DNA of 60,297 bases from Octopus bimaculoides. Lineage: Eukaryota. The translations under genes were made by a program, and so were the position numbers. Under the pieces are notes generated by a model. The model did not search any database and was not told the DNA's origin. It was given only the letters and a program-made list of their open reading frames with translations. The first letter of the stretch is position 1. Every line of letters starts with the position of its first letter. Where the stretch lies: NCBI RefSeq assembly GCF_001194135.2, contig NC_068996.1, positions 9,985,502 to 10,045,798 on the forward strand. Reading direction: 5' to 3'. This document shows, in pieces, positions 38,768 to 52,670 of the stretch.

Positions 38768-39360
38768 TTAAATAACTGCAGTTAACACATAAGTGTAGAC
38801 ATAGATGTATGCCTAAAAATAGTTCTGAGTTTAGTCCCAATGAACAACACTGGACACGTGTTCTCTGCCGTAGACTTTGTCAACGAAAACTTATGAGTGA
38901 AATTCGGTAGTCGGAAAATGTACTGTAGACGGCTGAACACAGAATATGGTATATGACGTGCATGAAGAATGATAGATGGGCGAAAGTGACAAAGAATGCA
39001 AGTAGAAGGAACATGCATAAGATAAAAACCTTATGGTATACTTTGTGGTTTTTAGTTCCTGCTAGGGAAGAGTTGCCTTTCCGTTCTTAGGGATCAATAA
39101 AAGTGCCAAACAAAGTATTGCGTTTGATATAATCAATTAAAATACTTGAAAGCAATCCTCCAGCTATGCTGGGAACCAGTGGAAGAAAGAAAGAAAGAAG
39201 GAAAGAAAGAAAGAAAGAATACTTTTTCCTTTATGGCACATCAAATGGATTATGCTTAATCGGTGTGATGTGCCATATTAACTGTATTAGTCATTTGACT
39301 TTCATGGTTCATTAAAACTGATCATGGTTTAGTGATACACAAGACATCAATGATCCTGTC

Positions 39361-39625
39361 TGTTATGTTTCCCTCGGACTGACTCGCAGAGATAACATAA
39401 CGAGTTATACAATTTAATTATTACATTTATTGTTCAATTACATACAAAGAACGCACTCACCCAATGTTCGTTATGAATAAACAAAAGTCATGTCCGCCAT
39501 ATATATATCAATGACATTTTACTACGACAGTCCCACAAGACAACAACAATGAAACAATGAACTCAGACGAACCACATGACACACGGAACGTCAGACGAAT
39601 TACATATCTAACAGTCCATATAACA
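39361..39625 (-). mobile_element. Solo LTR (Gypsy or BEL/Pao type), 265 bp
   Basis: Termini TGTTAT...ATAACA with a perfect 5-bp TSD CTGTC (39356-39360, 39626-39630). AATAAA on the minus strand at 39426-39431 suggests the orientation. Confidence 0.8.
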
Positions 39626-40254
39626 CTGTCACTGGGTACAAAAGAGATGACTGGTTTGGATATACACTCACTGGATGGGTATCAAAAACATTGACCACTT
39701 TATACAAGAGATGTAATATATAAGAAGATATTGGTCACTGACTACTGTATATAAGAGAACTGACTGTACTGCTATGGTGTCCCCTACCATACGTATTTGT
39801 GTGTTTCTATATATATCTACCATGGGTTTTATTTTAAAATATAGATATAATGGCGATCAACAACATTTGTACTGGTAGTGGTATTGTTTGGATGTTATAT
39901 GTGTGTGCGCACGCACACACACACAAGATATCAATAACACTCACTGCATATGTAGAAAAGATTATTGAAATATCTAGTCTGGATATGTAATATATTCTAA
40001 ACATCAACAACACTGACAACAGTACATAAGAAAGATAACTGTTAGCAGTTTATTATATCAGACACTGGAGAAAAATGACAGAGCCGATCACTGGAGCCTT
40101 TGCAACGAGATTTCTACTCAACTAATATGAGTACTTATGTACTTTGATTAATTTTGACGCCCCCCCCCCACCAAAAAACAAACAAACAAACAAGAACTAT
40201 GTTATGACAATAACTTTTTCATAACACAACAAAAACGTTTTATACACTGTTCTT

Positions 40255-40680
40255 TATATTTTACTTGTTTCAGTCATTTGACTGTGGCCATACTGGGGCA
40301 CTACCTTGAAGGGTTTCAGTCAAACAAATTGATCCCAGGACTTATTTTTTTTAAGCCTAGTATTTATTTGATCAGTATCTTTTGCTGAACCACTAAGTTA
40401 CAGGGACGTAAACACACCAACACCAGTTGTCAAGCAGTGGCAGGGGGCAAACATAGACACAGAGACACACATGCATAGATACAGACACACATACGATGGT
40501 TTTTTTTTTTTCATTTTCCATTTACCGAATCCACCCGCAAGGCTTTGGTTGGCCCAAGGCTATAATAGAAAACACTTGCCTAAGGCACCATGCAGTGGGA
40601 ATGAACCCAGAACCATGTGGATGGGAAGCAAGCTTCTTACCACATAGCCTGTGCTTATTCTTACCATACAGCCACGCCTG
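40255..40680 (-). mobile_element. SINE family A
   Basis: Similarity to family A. Confidence 0.82.
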
Positions 40681-43074
40681 TAAAACGTCTTAATTTAAGT
40701 GCAAGACAGGAGCTTTTTGCTATCATAGAACCAGAAGCATTGTTCAGGTAATTGATATGAAAGTGGTTAAGTTGTAGGAAAGATAAACTATAGGGCAAAG
40801 TTAAATATGTGTATGTAAAGTGATAATGGAAGGGCCCCTTGGGTACAGCTTGACAGAAGTTGACTTGGAAGAGGGTATTTAGAAAAGAAAACCTGGTGTT
40901 TATAGCTGTGGCAATTTATGTAGTAAGTTCTGTACAACATATGATAACATGCCAGTTAAAATGGTGATGAAATGTTTTTGACAAGCCCGTAAACATTAGT
41001 AATTTATGTAAATAATGAATAAAGTATTAAAATGCTCCTGTTGTAATTTGTAGTGGTGGCAGTAGTAGTATGTAGTACGTAGTAGCAGCAGCAGCAGTAA
41101 TAATGATGCAGGTGGCTATGATGGTGATGGTATATAGCAATGCTCCAATGGAAAAATGAAATCTTCAAAAGAAGCAGACAGGTTAACCCCCACTACTCAC
41201 ATACACACAGACACAGACACACTTATACATTGCTAGCAGTTGTAATGATTGGCGTGGAAGGTAGGGGTGGAAAACATCATCCAAGCCTATCTTCCAATAA
41301 TGTGGAGAAAAACGACAACACTAGGAGTACTTAGAATACCTACTTCTTTTAAAACCAGATTTATACAGGCTTGCCTGTGTATATTTCTTAAATGCAGCAG
41401 CTGTGTGTATGCCTAAAAGGGATATATATATATATATAATATAAACGTATATATAAAAAAAGGTGTGTGTGTCTATATATATATATATATATAAAAATAT
41501 GGATATACATACACACATACACATGCACTCAAGCATATACACACGCTCACTGGTAGCAGCTGTTTTCCTTTTTCTGAGAAATTCGATTCCACCCTCTTGA
41601 AGGAGATAACAGCAGGAAGAAAAGCCAAAGTGTTGATTTATTTACGGTGGGTCTCAATTTGCTAGGTAGTGACCCATACACTATGGTTTCAGGATCAACT
41701 TCTGTGGCACTATCAAAGCAGTATCAAGTGATTAATTTGCAATAAATGCCACAGACAAAACTCAATAGATGATATTGCACGCTGCAAGCATAATATATTC
41801 TATTGAGTGAATAATTCTATTTGGGATTGGTAAAACCTGAAGCAGGTAAAGTTATAAATAATACCCATTAAATATTGGTTTAGAAAAAACCCTTTGGATA
41901 GATAAAATCGAAAGCTGCCTGTGGGACATGAGCTTGATATTTACATACTATATTATTTATAGCTTTATCAGCTTCAAGCTTCACTGTTCCAAAAAAGGAA
42001 TATTGAATTAAATATTTTTATGTATATTCACAACTGTGTGTTTGTGTGGATGTGTACTTTGGAGTCACAAGTGTACAACTTTATGAATGAGTGTGTAAAT
42101 GTAAGTCAAATGTGTGTTTATATGTGTGCGCACAAAAGATGTGCATGAATGCATTTGTATGTGTATTTTTTTTAATGTTTGGAACGAAATTTACCTAGCA
42201 GGTAAAAACACAGGTCCAAAATTTTTTTACTACCAAGACCAATGTTTTCAAACTTAATATCAAAACAAACACAATATTGATAATAATAATAATAATTATT
42301 ATTATTATGATAATATTTGTACGTCAATCGAATCAGATAAATCCAATAATGGAAAAGTAGTGTTTCAAATCAGTCTAAAAATGTTTCTACATTCATTCGT
42401 TTTAACAATGAAGTTTTTCAAGAGGCTGTTCAAAGTGTTTTCATCACCCCGCAAGCTCCAATTTTAGGGGGTGGGGTGGGGGTGTGTGTGAAAATCCACC
42501 CACTGTTCCCAAGCCTATGTTTATATATTTACATTTTATTTATTAATGTTCTTTGTATGCATAAGATGCATTTAAATAAGTGGTGTTTTTTATGTGTTTA
42601 AATATTTATATATATATATGTACTATACAGACACATATATTAATACGCATAAATATATAAATACACATCAGTAATCTCAAACATGTACGAGCTTACCCCC
42701 CCCCCCTACAGGTATTAGTAATAAAAGCAAAGTGTGGAATATATACACACACACACACACACACAAAAATTCAATTACATTTATTTCAAATTTCTATTTA
42801 TACATACACACATAGATAAACATACGTAAACATATAAATGTGTGGATATATACAGACAGATGTGCCCTTATATAAGTACACAACCGAGCATACAAACAAT
42901 GTAATGTCAAAAGCAAATAGTCATAAGTATACAAATACATGAAAAAACATAGGAGCATATATATATATATATATATATANNNNNNNNNNNNNNNNNNNNN
43001 NNNNNNNNNNNNNNNNNNNNNNNNNNNNNNNNNNNNNNNNNNNNNNNNNNNNNNNNNNNNNNNNNNNNNATATA

Positions 43075-43468
43075 TGTATTACTCTTTTATTTGTTTCAGT
43101 CATTTGACAGCGGCCATGCTGGAGCAGTGCTTTTAGTCAAACAAATCGACCCCGGGACTTATTCTTTGTAAGCCTAGTACTTATTCTTTTTGGTCTCTAT
43201 TGCTGAACTGCTAAGTTATGGGGACGCAGACATACCAACATCGGTTGTCAAGTCATTGGGAGGGGGTGGGGTCAAACAGACATACAAACATACACACACA
43301 CACATATATACGACAAGCTTCTTTCAGTTTCTGTCGACCAAATCCACTCACAAGGCTTTGGTCGGCCCATGGCTATAGCAGAAGACACTTGCCCAAGGTG
43401 CCATGTAGTGGGACTGAACCCAGAACCATGTGGTTGGTAAGCAAGTTACTTACCACACAGCCACTCCT
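43075..43468 (-). mobile_element. SINE family A
   Basis: Similarity to family A. Confidence 0.88.
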
Positions 43469-43524
43469 GAAATACATACACACAAACAAACACATACATG
43501 TACACACAAATATATATATATTGG

Positions 43525-43690
43525 TGCAGAAGTGGCTATATGGATAAGAAGCTTGCTTCCCAACCACATAGTTTCAGGTTCAGTCCCACTACATGGTACC
43601 TTGGGCAAGTGTCATTTACTGTATGGCATCAGGCCAACCAAAACTTTCTAAGTGGATTTAGTTGATGGATGCTGAAAGAAGCCTGTAATA
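43525..43690 (+). mobile_element. SINE family A, 5' half, head-to-head with the previous copy
   Basis: Head sequence only. Confidence 0.78.
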
Positions 43691-44478
43691 TAAATGTCTA
43701 TTCATATACATTTGCATTTCCTAGACTTGACATTACAATTTATTGTGGCAAATGAATGCCAACTATTTCTAATATTCTGCAAAAAACATATCTGACCATG
43801 GAGAAATACTACCGTGTTTTAAAAGAGGTAAGAGTTGGGCACCAGGAAGGACGACATTCAGACAAAAAATTTACCTCAATAAACTCTGACCCATGCAAGC
43901 ACAGAAAAGAGACATTAAAATGATCATCACAGATGAGGTTTATTGAGGCAGATTTTTCTACGGCTAGATGCATTTTCCCCATATCAACAAATCCTTGTTA
44001 TTCAAAAAAGACTTCTTTTACATTTCACTGGTCCTTATATGTCTGCTTAAACACACGGTATTTGTTCATTGGAGAACAAAGAATGTCACCGTATTTTACT
44101 CAAAAGGTATTAATTAAAACATAGAATCAACATTCATACAGGTACATATACTGACACAAATACACACAAAAGAGTGATAAGCAGTTTTGTAACAATTCCA
44201 TTTACAGAGCATTGTTTGATCTGAGACAATAAATAAAAGACACTTGCTGAAGACACTATGTAGTGGGACTAAACTCAAAACCATGTTATGGCAAACCAAT
44301 CATACATGTTCCTACACACACACACACACACACACATTTTTTTATGGCTTTCAGTTTCACTGATCCAAAAACGAATTATTTCATGTTCTCTTGAAGCTTC
44401 TAAATTCTTGACATCAACAATACACACACACATAAAAAAAAAAAATCATATACACACATACAGGTAATATATATATAT

Positions 44479-44697
44479 ATAAAGTAGTTGTATACTGCCA
44501 ACTTAACGTGACAGTCCCAATAAGGGAATATACTACTGCTGTTTAGCCCAAGGAAGCTGGACCGCTTCCTATTAGGCCTTGACACATTTCCTGTGTCCTT
44601 ATCTTTGGAAGCGGTCCAGCTTCCTAGGGCTAAATAGCATTAGTATATCCCCTTATTGGGACTGTCATGTTAAGTTGGCAGTATACAACTACTTTAT
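44479..44697. repeat. 219-bp foldback inverted repeat (probably a MITE)
   Basis: Arms 44479-44569 and 44607-44697 are 91 nt each with 5 mismatches; the spacer contains GACACA/TGTGTC. Confidence 0.92.
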
Positions 44698-44745
44698 CGC
44701 ATCACTACTGCTTTAAGTCTCTCTGAGAGATTTAGAAATTTATTA

Positions 44746-44823
<78 letters not shown>

Positions 44824-45789
44824 CTACACAAACATATATCCATATATGTTTATACAAAGAGTACATGTACAAGGCATCACCTCTATATAAATGCCTGAAT
44901 GTATGACTAAGCAAGAATGAAAGAAACGGCAGTGACCCCATCTCACCCACCGCCAGACCAAACACAAGAAGTCTCATAAGCGTGCACACACACATATATA
45001 AACATGTGTGTATACATACATGAAATTTGCTACTTGGGACAAAGTCTCAACTGATGGTTTTTCAATATAATATTTGTACACATAAATATATGTGCATGTA
45101 TTCATGAGTTTGTATGTATATACATATATAAAAATAAATCCAAGTATATATATACATCTCTCTCTCTCTCTCATATATACACAGACACACAAATACCACA
45201 GGCAACCTTTGACTTTTTTCTATCCAAGTGTTTTTTAATCCAATATTCTGCATGTTATCATTTACAGCTTTATTTTTTATCTACTCTGAGTTTCACCATT
45301 GAAACAGTTTATTTCATATCTCTCGAAATTTCTAAAACAGAAATAAAATTCTTATAATGTAAATAACACACACATGCATGCACGAACACACACACGTGTA
45401 TGAGCAAGCCACTTAAAGCAAGCTATCATTACACTAAAGAGCCAGCAAGAGAGTCCCTATCAGAGACAGCTGAATATGTAAGAAACTACCAGAAACCGAG
45501 AACACTTCTGCTTCTATAAGTGCAAACTGTTTGCTTTATAAATAGTGAACAAGGTGCTAATGTACTAAATATGGTAATTTAAATAATGAATTATGGTGAA
45601 AGGATCTAGCATAGATTTGTAGCTGGGAACTTTACTTCACAGTTGTGTGGTCTTGGGTTCAGTTCAGTTGCACAGCACCTTGGGCGTGCAACTTCTGCTA
45701 ATGCCTCAGGCTAACTAATGTCTTATGGAATTAGTGGACAGATGATACATGGAGGCCCAGGAAGGCACGTGAATGTAGAAGATGTACAA

Positions 45790-46050
45790 AATTTGAAAGA
45801 AATGAAGCAAGCATGCTCTGCTCTCTCTGCTAGATGGGTAATGTAGATGTGCATGAACAATGGAGAATGAATGTGTTGAGTAAAACTGGGCATAAGAATT
45901 AGATACAGGTATGCAAAAGAGAAAATTGAGTTAGTATGGTCATGTGATGTGTATGGATGAGAACAGCTGTATAAAGAAGTGCCCACTGTTTATAGTAGAT
46001 GGAACCAGTGCAAGAGGGAGGCCCAGGTAAAACAGACCTCAGTGTGTTGA
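45790..46050 (+). mobile_element. Decayed RTE LINE ORF2 fragment
   Basis: EASML...YGHVMCMDENSCIKKC...VDGTSARGRPR. Confidence 0.75.
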
Positions 46051-46739
46051 GTGTTATAGAGATAACAAAAGACCAAAATGATTGGTGAAATGGAATGCTT
46101 GAGAAGACCTACCCAGTTATGCAAAGATAGTAATGTGTTGTTGAAGCATAATATGAATACACACAACTGAGTCAACTGCTCAATACACACCAGTCCTGCT
46201 GCTCACCCTTGTCACCTTCATCTGCTTTCACTTATCAATCAACTGTTTTATTCTGATGCATCAAATTACTGCATATTATTACCTTTCTATTCATCACTCA
46301 CCCTCCCAATACACCCACTTTTGCAACTGGTATCCATTGTTCTATCTTTCACATTCTATTGTATATCACCATACTGAGGATACACCATGGTTCCTTGTCA
46401 CCATTATCTGTTTCTTTTCCGCCACCACTCCATCCATCTCATTCACCTGTATGTAATGTGAGGTATCCCACAATCTCCACAACAACAAACCAGTTCCTGT
46501 TCCTCCCACCATCTTTAATCTAACATTACACATAAGGCCTCCTTATCTCCTATTCTCTCTCTCAGCTGAAAGAACTCTTTAGTTTTGTGAGTTAAAAGGT
46601 GCCACAATAAAAAAAACACTCAGTACCGTCTGTAAAGTGGTGGGCATTAGGAAAGGCATCGAGCTTTAGAAACTATGCCAAAACTGAGATGTCAGAGCAA
46701 CGGGTTCTCCAACCAGAAGTAGACAAATGAAAAGAAGTT

Positions 46740-46950
46740 CGTTTCTACTCCAGGTACAAGGCCCAAAATTTAGGGGGAGGGGGCCAGTTGATTAGATCAA
46801 TCCCAGTACGCAACTGGTACTTAATTTATCGACCTTGAAAGGATGAAAGGCAAAGTCGACCTTGGCAGAATTTGAACCCAGAACGTAAAAACAGACAAAA
46901 TATTACCAAGTATTTCGCCCGGCGTGCTAATATTTCTGCCAACTTGCCAC
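46740..46950 (-). mobile_element. SINE family B head with a variant tail
   Basis: Head matches family B (GGCAAGTTGGCAGAAAT...GGGTTCAAATTCTGCCAAGGTCGAC); the 3' part differs. Confidence 0.75.
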
Positions 46951-48932
46951 CTAATGAAAGGAAGTGGCACTCAACAGACACATTTGATATGAGTTACATA
47001 TATTATAACAGTTTGGCTTGGGTTCATGCACATTCATTTATTCATTTCAGTTCACTTTTCTATGCTAATTTAGGGATTCATTTGAGGCAACATGTTACAA
47101 TTGGATGCCTTTCCTATTGCCAATACCTTAACTGTTTTTCAAGTCACTGAGAAATTCCATGCTCTTTGAAAGCAGAGTAACCTGTCATTACTCCATCACC
47201 AATTCATTGGGACAGTGACAAGCAGAGCCATGGAAGGAAATCAACATTAGCACACACTCACATCTATATATGCACATCTTATCATTGTTTTAATGTTCAC
47301 TTTTCCATAGTTGCATGGGTCAGACGAAACTTTGGTGAGGTGTAATAAAGTAGATGCTCTTCCAGTTGCCAACTCTTACCAGATTCCACATAAGATAATA
47401 TTTTCTCTAGTCCTTTGCACAATAAACAACACAATGACTGACCATACTTTCATGGAAGATTGCAAATAAACGACATTATTTGCAACTTTTGTGATCTCAT
47501 GTCAGGACAAGCAGAAACACATTAATTCATGCACAATTTATATATATATATATATNNNNNNNNNNNNNNNNNNNNNNNNNNNNNNNNNNNNNNNNNNNNN
47601 NNNNNNNNNNNNNNNNNNNNNNNNNNNNNNNNNNNNNNNNNNNNNNNNNNNNNNNNNNNNNNNNNNNNNNNNNNNNNNNNNNNNNNNNNNNNNNNNNNNN
47701 NNNNNNNNNNNNNNNNNNNNNNNNNNNNNNNNNNNNNNNNNNNNNNNNNNNNNNNNNNNNNNNNNNNNNNNNNNNNNNNNNNNNNNNNNNNNNNNNNNNN
47801 NNNNNNNNNNNNNNNNNNNATATATATATGCCAGCATGGACAACAGACGTTAAATGATGATAATAATATCTACAAATTTATATTTATGCTGATTTCATAT
47901 ATTATATACACATATGGTAGAAGTCAACTCCTGTTCAAATATGATCAGGTCTTGAAAAATTGTGGATTTCTTGGATGCTATCATGGAAAGTCACAAGGAG
48001 GGCACAGCCAACAGTTGCTGGCCAATTCCAGACTCAAGCAATTCCAGACTTAGGCTTTCCTGATTAAAAAATGAACAGTGTTACTCCTGGAAAGGGCTGC
48101 TCAGTCTCTTGAAGTGCTGTTTGCTGAATCTCTCCATTGTCATATATTGAAAAAGAAGCAACCAATAGCCCTAAATGCCTATGTGCAGCTTTCCAATTGC
48201 ATAATTCCACCACAGAACATCTTCCATAGAGTTTATTTATAAGAAGTTCCCTCGTGTGAAATTAATCATAGTAAATGAAGTGAGGGTATTCACTTTTCAG
48301 ATAGAACACCTTTCTTCCCAGTGGCCCAATATTGGTTGGGACAACAAGAAGCTGAATAACCCACAAGTTCTATATCTGAGTATTCTTCTCCTAGGCAGAT
48401 GTTTGTAACTAGAAATAAGGGGTCATTACTCCCAAGTGGTCTATACAATCATTCACCATTAGAAATATTCCTAAGTCTCCACACAATTGTCACAAAATTG
48501 TTGATGCCTTATTGGGTTTATCTATCCTTTTGATAGGTACTGTTTGTTGATATTTCAATCAACTGCTAGCTCTGCACTTTAGAATTTCACTGGAATAAAA
48601 ACATCCCTTACTCAAAAAAAAAAAAAAAAAAAAAAGGCAGGAATGGATTAGATGGATTGGTAATAAGCAGTGCACCAAGCCATAAAAATCTTGTTGCAAT
48701 TTGCTACCATCTAAGCAACGCTAATAAAGAATAAATGACATTAAATGAAATGAATTAATTTATATGCGTGTGCATGTTAATGCTTGTCTCTCAGTGCTTC
48801 ACAACCAAAGTATGGTAATTATGTCCAGCAAAAAGAGTCAGAAATAACAAAATTAAGACAAACACACTGACTAATCATAACTGTTCAAAATGGTGCCTCA
48901 GCATGGCTGCAGTCTAATGACTAACAATAGAA

Positions 48933-48972
<40 letters not shown>

Positions 48973-49207
48973 TATATATATATATATATATATAGACTGG
49001 TGGACACACACACACACATTCTGGTGTGAGGATAAGGGGTTCTTAATTTTATGTATTTTCTTTTTTTAATGACACATTAGGAAATTAGTACCAATTTCTA
49101 ATTCTAGCAATTTTAATGGTTATTAGAGTTTTGAAAAGGAACTGTTTATGGCAGTTTAGCATGTTGATAGTTTAGTTAAGACCTTCGTGTGATATAGTGG
49201 CAAATGC

Positions 49208-49253
<46 letters not shown>

Positions 49254-50145
49254 CTGACAGTGTGTCTCAAGCACACAGGCGCTTTAGGCTGGAGCTTATT
49301 CAGTTTCCAAAGCATTTAAGCAGTTGGATTTCAATGGGTGACCAATGGCTCATAGGGTTAACCCTACCAGATGTCATTGGGATTCATTTTCAGCTGAGTG
49401 GAATGGTGTAACATGAAATGAGGTGCCTAGCATAAAGATATGGTACCTCTTAGTCTGTGAACTGAACCCATGAACTAACAATCCCAAGCCTAATACTCTA
49501 ACCACACACATTTGTTTGTTTCCTCTCTGTCATAGGCTGAATGCTGTACCTGAAGCAGTAATTTTAGGGAGGAGTGATCTTATTGCCACCAACACTTTTC
49601 TGTTTTTGTTTTTCGTAAAACTTAAGTTTTTATACCACCACTTCAAGAGAATAGCGGGTGTGGCACCTCATATTCACTGTAAAAGTAAACACACATCAGT
49701 TTCCTTGTTCAGACGATCACATGTGAAAAGCACCCACATTCTTCAATGCAAATTTTGCCTACCTATTTTCACTCACAAGCCCAATGCAAAAGCAAATGAC
49801 ACCTTGCCAAGGTTTTGTGCAGTGAAACTGAACCTAACATCACATTGAGGAGAAAATGTCTTAAACCACATGATCATACAAGTTAGCCAATGAAATTGAC
49901 CATAGTACTTGTTTTTAAAATCTAGTACTTATTCTATCAATCTCTTTCTTGATAAACATAAACACTGAGAGCCAAACACAGACACACATATGTATGTATA
50001 TATTCAGCCTGTGCCAGTGAAGCTTTACATAGCAACGATAACTTACTGGCTGCTGTCTAGCAATGATTGTACTTTGAGTACATTCGATTTGTATTTACAT
50101 ATTATATATATATATACATGAATATATTATATATATATATATATG

Positions 50146-50730
50146 GCCATGACTGTTGAAGACATGCATAAGCTTGCAAGGAATGAAGCCAGTATGCTCC
50201 GATGGATGTATAATGTCAGTGTGCATACTTGACAGAGTCTAAGTACCTTGAGAGAAAAGTTGGACCTAAGAAGCGTAGGTGAAATCGAAACTAGTGGGGT
50301 GCTAAGAGTGTGATCATTGCCAGAGCAGCTGACTTGCTTCCATGCCGGTGGTATGTAAAAAGCACCATTTGAGAGTGATCGTTACCAACGCCACCTTACT
50401 GGCATTTGTGCCGGTGGCACATGAAAAAATATTTGATCAAGGATGTTGCCAGTGCCGCTGAACTGGCTCCTGTGCAGATGGCACGTAAAAAACACCATTT
50501 GAGTGTGGCCGTTGCCAGTACCACCTGACTGGCCCTCGTGGTGGTGGCACGTAAAAGCACCCTCTACACTCTCGGAGTGGTTGGCATTAGGAAGGGCATC
50601 CAGCTGTAGAAACTCTGCCAGATCATATTGGAGCCTGGTGCAGCCTTCTGGTTCGCGAGTCCTTAGTCAAATCGTCCAACCCATGCCAGCATAGAAAGCG
50701 GACGTTAAACGATGATGATGATGGTGATGA
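50146..50730 (+). mobile_element. RTE ORF2 fragment joined to a family C tail
   Basis: AMTVEDMHKLARNEASMLRWMYNVSVHT*QSLSTLREKLDLRS followed by family C sequence and (GAT)n. Confidence 0.8.
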
Positions 50731-50731
50731 G

Positions 50732-50763
<32 letters not shown>

Positions 50764-51496
50764 GTATAGGAGTGGCTGCGTGGTAAGTAGCTTGCTTACC
50801 AACTACATGGTTCCAGGTTCAGTCCCACTGCGTGGTACCTTGGGCCGAGAAACTGAAAGTCATATATAAATATATATATATATTTAAAGTGTGTCTCCTT
50901 GTATTGACACGTAGGGCTCCAGCCGTAGAAAATCTAACTCAACAAATTTTGTCTGCTACATGCAGATAAGGAAAAGTAGATGTTAAAACGACGATAGAAG
51001 TTGATACACACACACACACACACACATAAATCTTATGACGTGGAACGCACCCCAGCAGTCAATTTCTTACTGTGAAATCCATGTAAACGAAATACTGACT
51101 GCAAAGCCTGCAAAATCAAAAACCACTCACTATAAAAAGTGATAGTACAAAAAGAAATCAGCACCACTCCATATCCTGAATATAAGGGTGGGTGGAATTG
51201 TCTGGAAATATTGTTAAAAACGAATTCTAGAACTTCATTGTTTCAAGCGAACTACAAGGATCACACACACACAGACATGCATAACTATATGTTAGTTTCT
51301 ATGAAGATATATGTTATACAATATTATATCAAATGTTGAATTGAGTTTATTTTATTTTAAAGCAAGGCTAAGAATATCAACGGGACACTGGCTGATGGCG
51401 TGGCTCAGTACCGAGGATAGAGACCGGTTAAATAAACTGTCAGGCGAAACAAGAAGTCCCATTCAACAGAAACTTTACTAATATACATCATAATGC

Positions 51497-51534
<38 letters not shown>

Positions 51535-51741
51535 AAAAGAATGAGAGTTCGATAAAATTAATACTGGTGTCGATACAACCTACTAAAAACAGGAAGGCGG
51601 TGCCGCAGAATGGTCATAGCCTAACAACTGAAATCCTTCGCATTTTTCTATCCAAAAGGGTCTTTCAACTCAATATTTACATCCTATCATTTATAGTAGT
51701 TATGTGCTTCGAAATCGTATTACAAAAATGAGTTAAATATA

Positions 51742-51861
51742 TATATAATTAATAACTGACAGAAGTTACACAGTGAGTCATAGTCCGTGAATTTCGTGCA
51801 CGAGTCCGAAACTCTCGGCCCTTGAGTCACTCGGTAACTTCTGTCGATTATTAATAATATA
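51742..51861. repeat. About 120-bp element with terminal inverted repeats
   Basis: TTAATAACTGACAGAAGTTAC vs GTAACTTCTGTCGATTATTAA (19/21); TGAGTCA in each arm. Confidence 0.75.
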
Positions 51862-52355
51862 GCAAAATCACACACACACACACACACAAACATATAAATT
51901 TATATATATATATATATANNNNNNNNNNNNNNNNNNNNNNNNNNNNNNNNNNNNNNNNNNNNNNNNNNNNNNNNNNNNNNNNNNNNNNNNNNNNNNNNNN
52001 NNNNNNNNNNNNNNNNNNNNNNNNNNNNNNNNNNNNNNNNNNNNNNNNNNNNNNNNNNNNNNNNNNNNNNNNNNNNNNNNNNNNNNNNNNNNNNNNNNNN
52101 NNNNNNNNNNNNNNNNNNNNNNNNNNNNNNNNNNNNNNNNNNNNNNNNNNNNNNNNNNNNNNNNNNNNNNNNNNNNNNNNNNNNNNNNNNNNNNNNNNNN
52201 NNNNNNNNNNNNNNNNNNNNNNNNNNNNNNNNNNNNNNNNNNNNNNNNNNNNNNNNNNNNNNNNNNNNNNNNNNNNNNNNNNNNNNNNNNNNNNNNNNNN
52301 NNNNNNNNNNNNNNGTTGGGAAAAAAAGGGAATTATACATATTTTTAAGTGATAT

Positions 52356-52670
52356 TTTGTCGGTCTATCATGGGTAGGTAAGAATTAGTACCACCCACAG
52401 AACAACCAAGGGCACTTTTGGTAACCACCCCGCCTCCTCGCACCTCGTCTTGCTCTCAAACCCTTATCGATAATATGGACCTTCAAATTGTCCCAGATTT
52501 GTACAGACGATTGTTGCATGAGAACTTTATAAAAAAAAAAAAAATCAGGCCTGGAAATAAACAAGACACGGGGCAAACATTTTTCACACGAGTTGTTGGG
52601 GGCAAGATGGCGAAGATAAATAATCCCTTTGATCTTGTCTTTTCAACTGAAATCTTTGAACAGCCGACAG
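52356..52670 (-). pseudogene. Decayed duplicate of NXN exon 1 (pseudo-exon) in intron 1
   Basis: Collinear nucleotide anchors to exon 1: a 17/17 match GGGCAAGATGGCGAAGA (52600-52616 vs 56660-56676), 18/23 at 52356-52378 vs 56380-56402, and shared ACTTTTG.TAA, TCTCAAA, TCGATA, TTGTCCC and CTTTATAAAA in order. Peptide remnants are GLFIFAILP, FYKVLMQQS, DNLKV and YQK, with stops and frameshifts. Confidence 0.8.
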
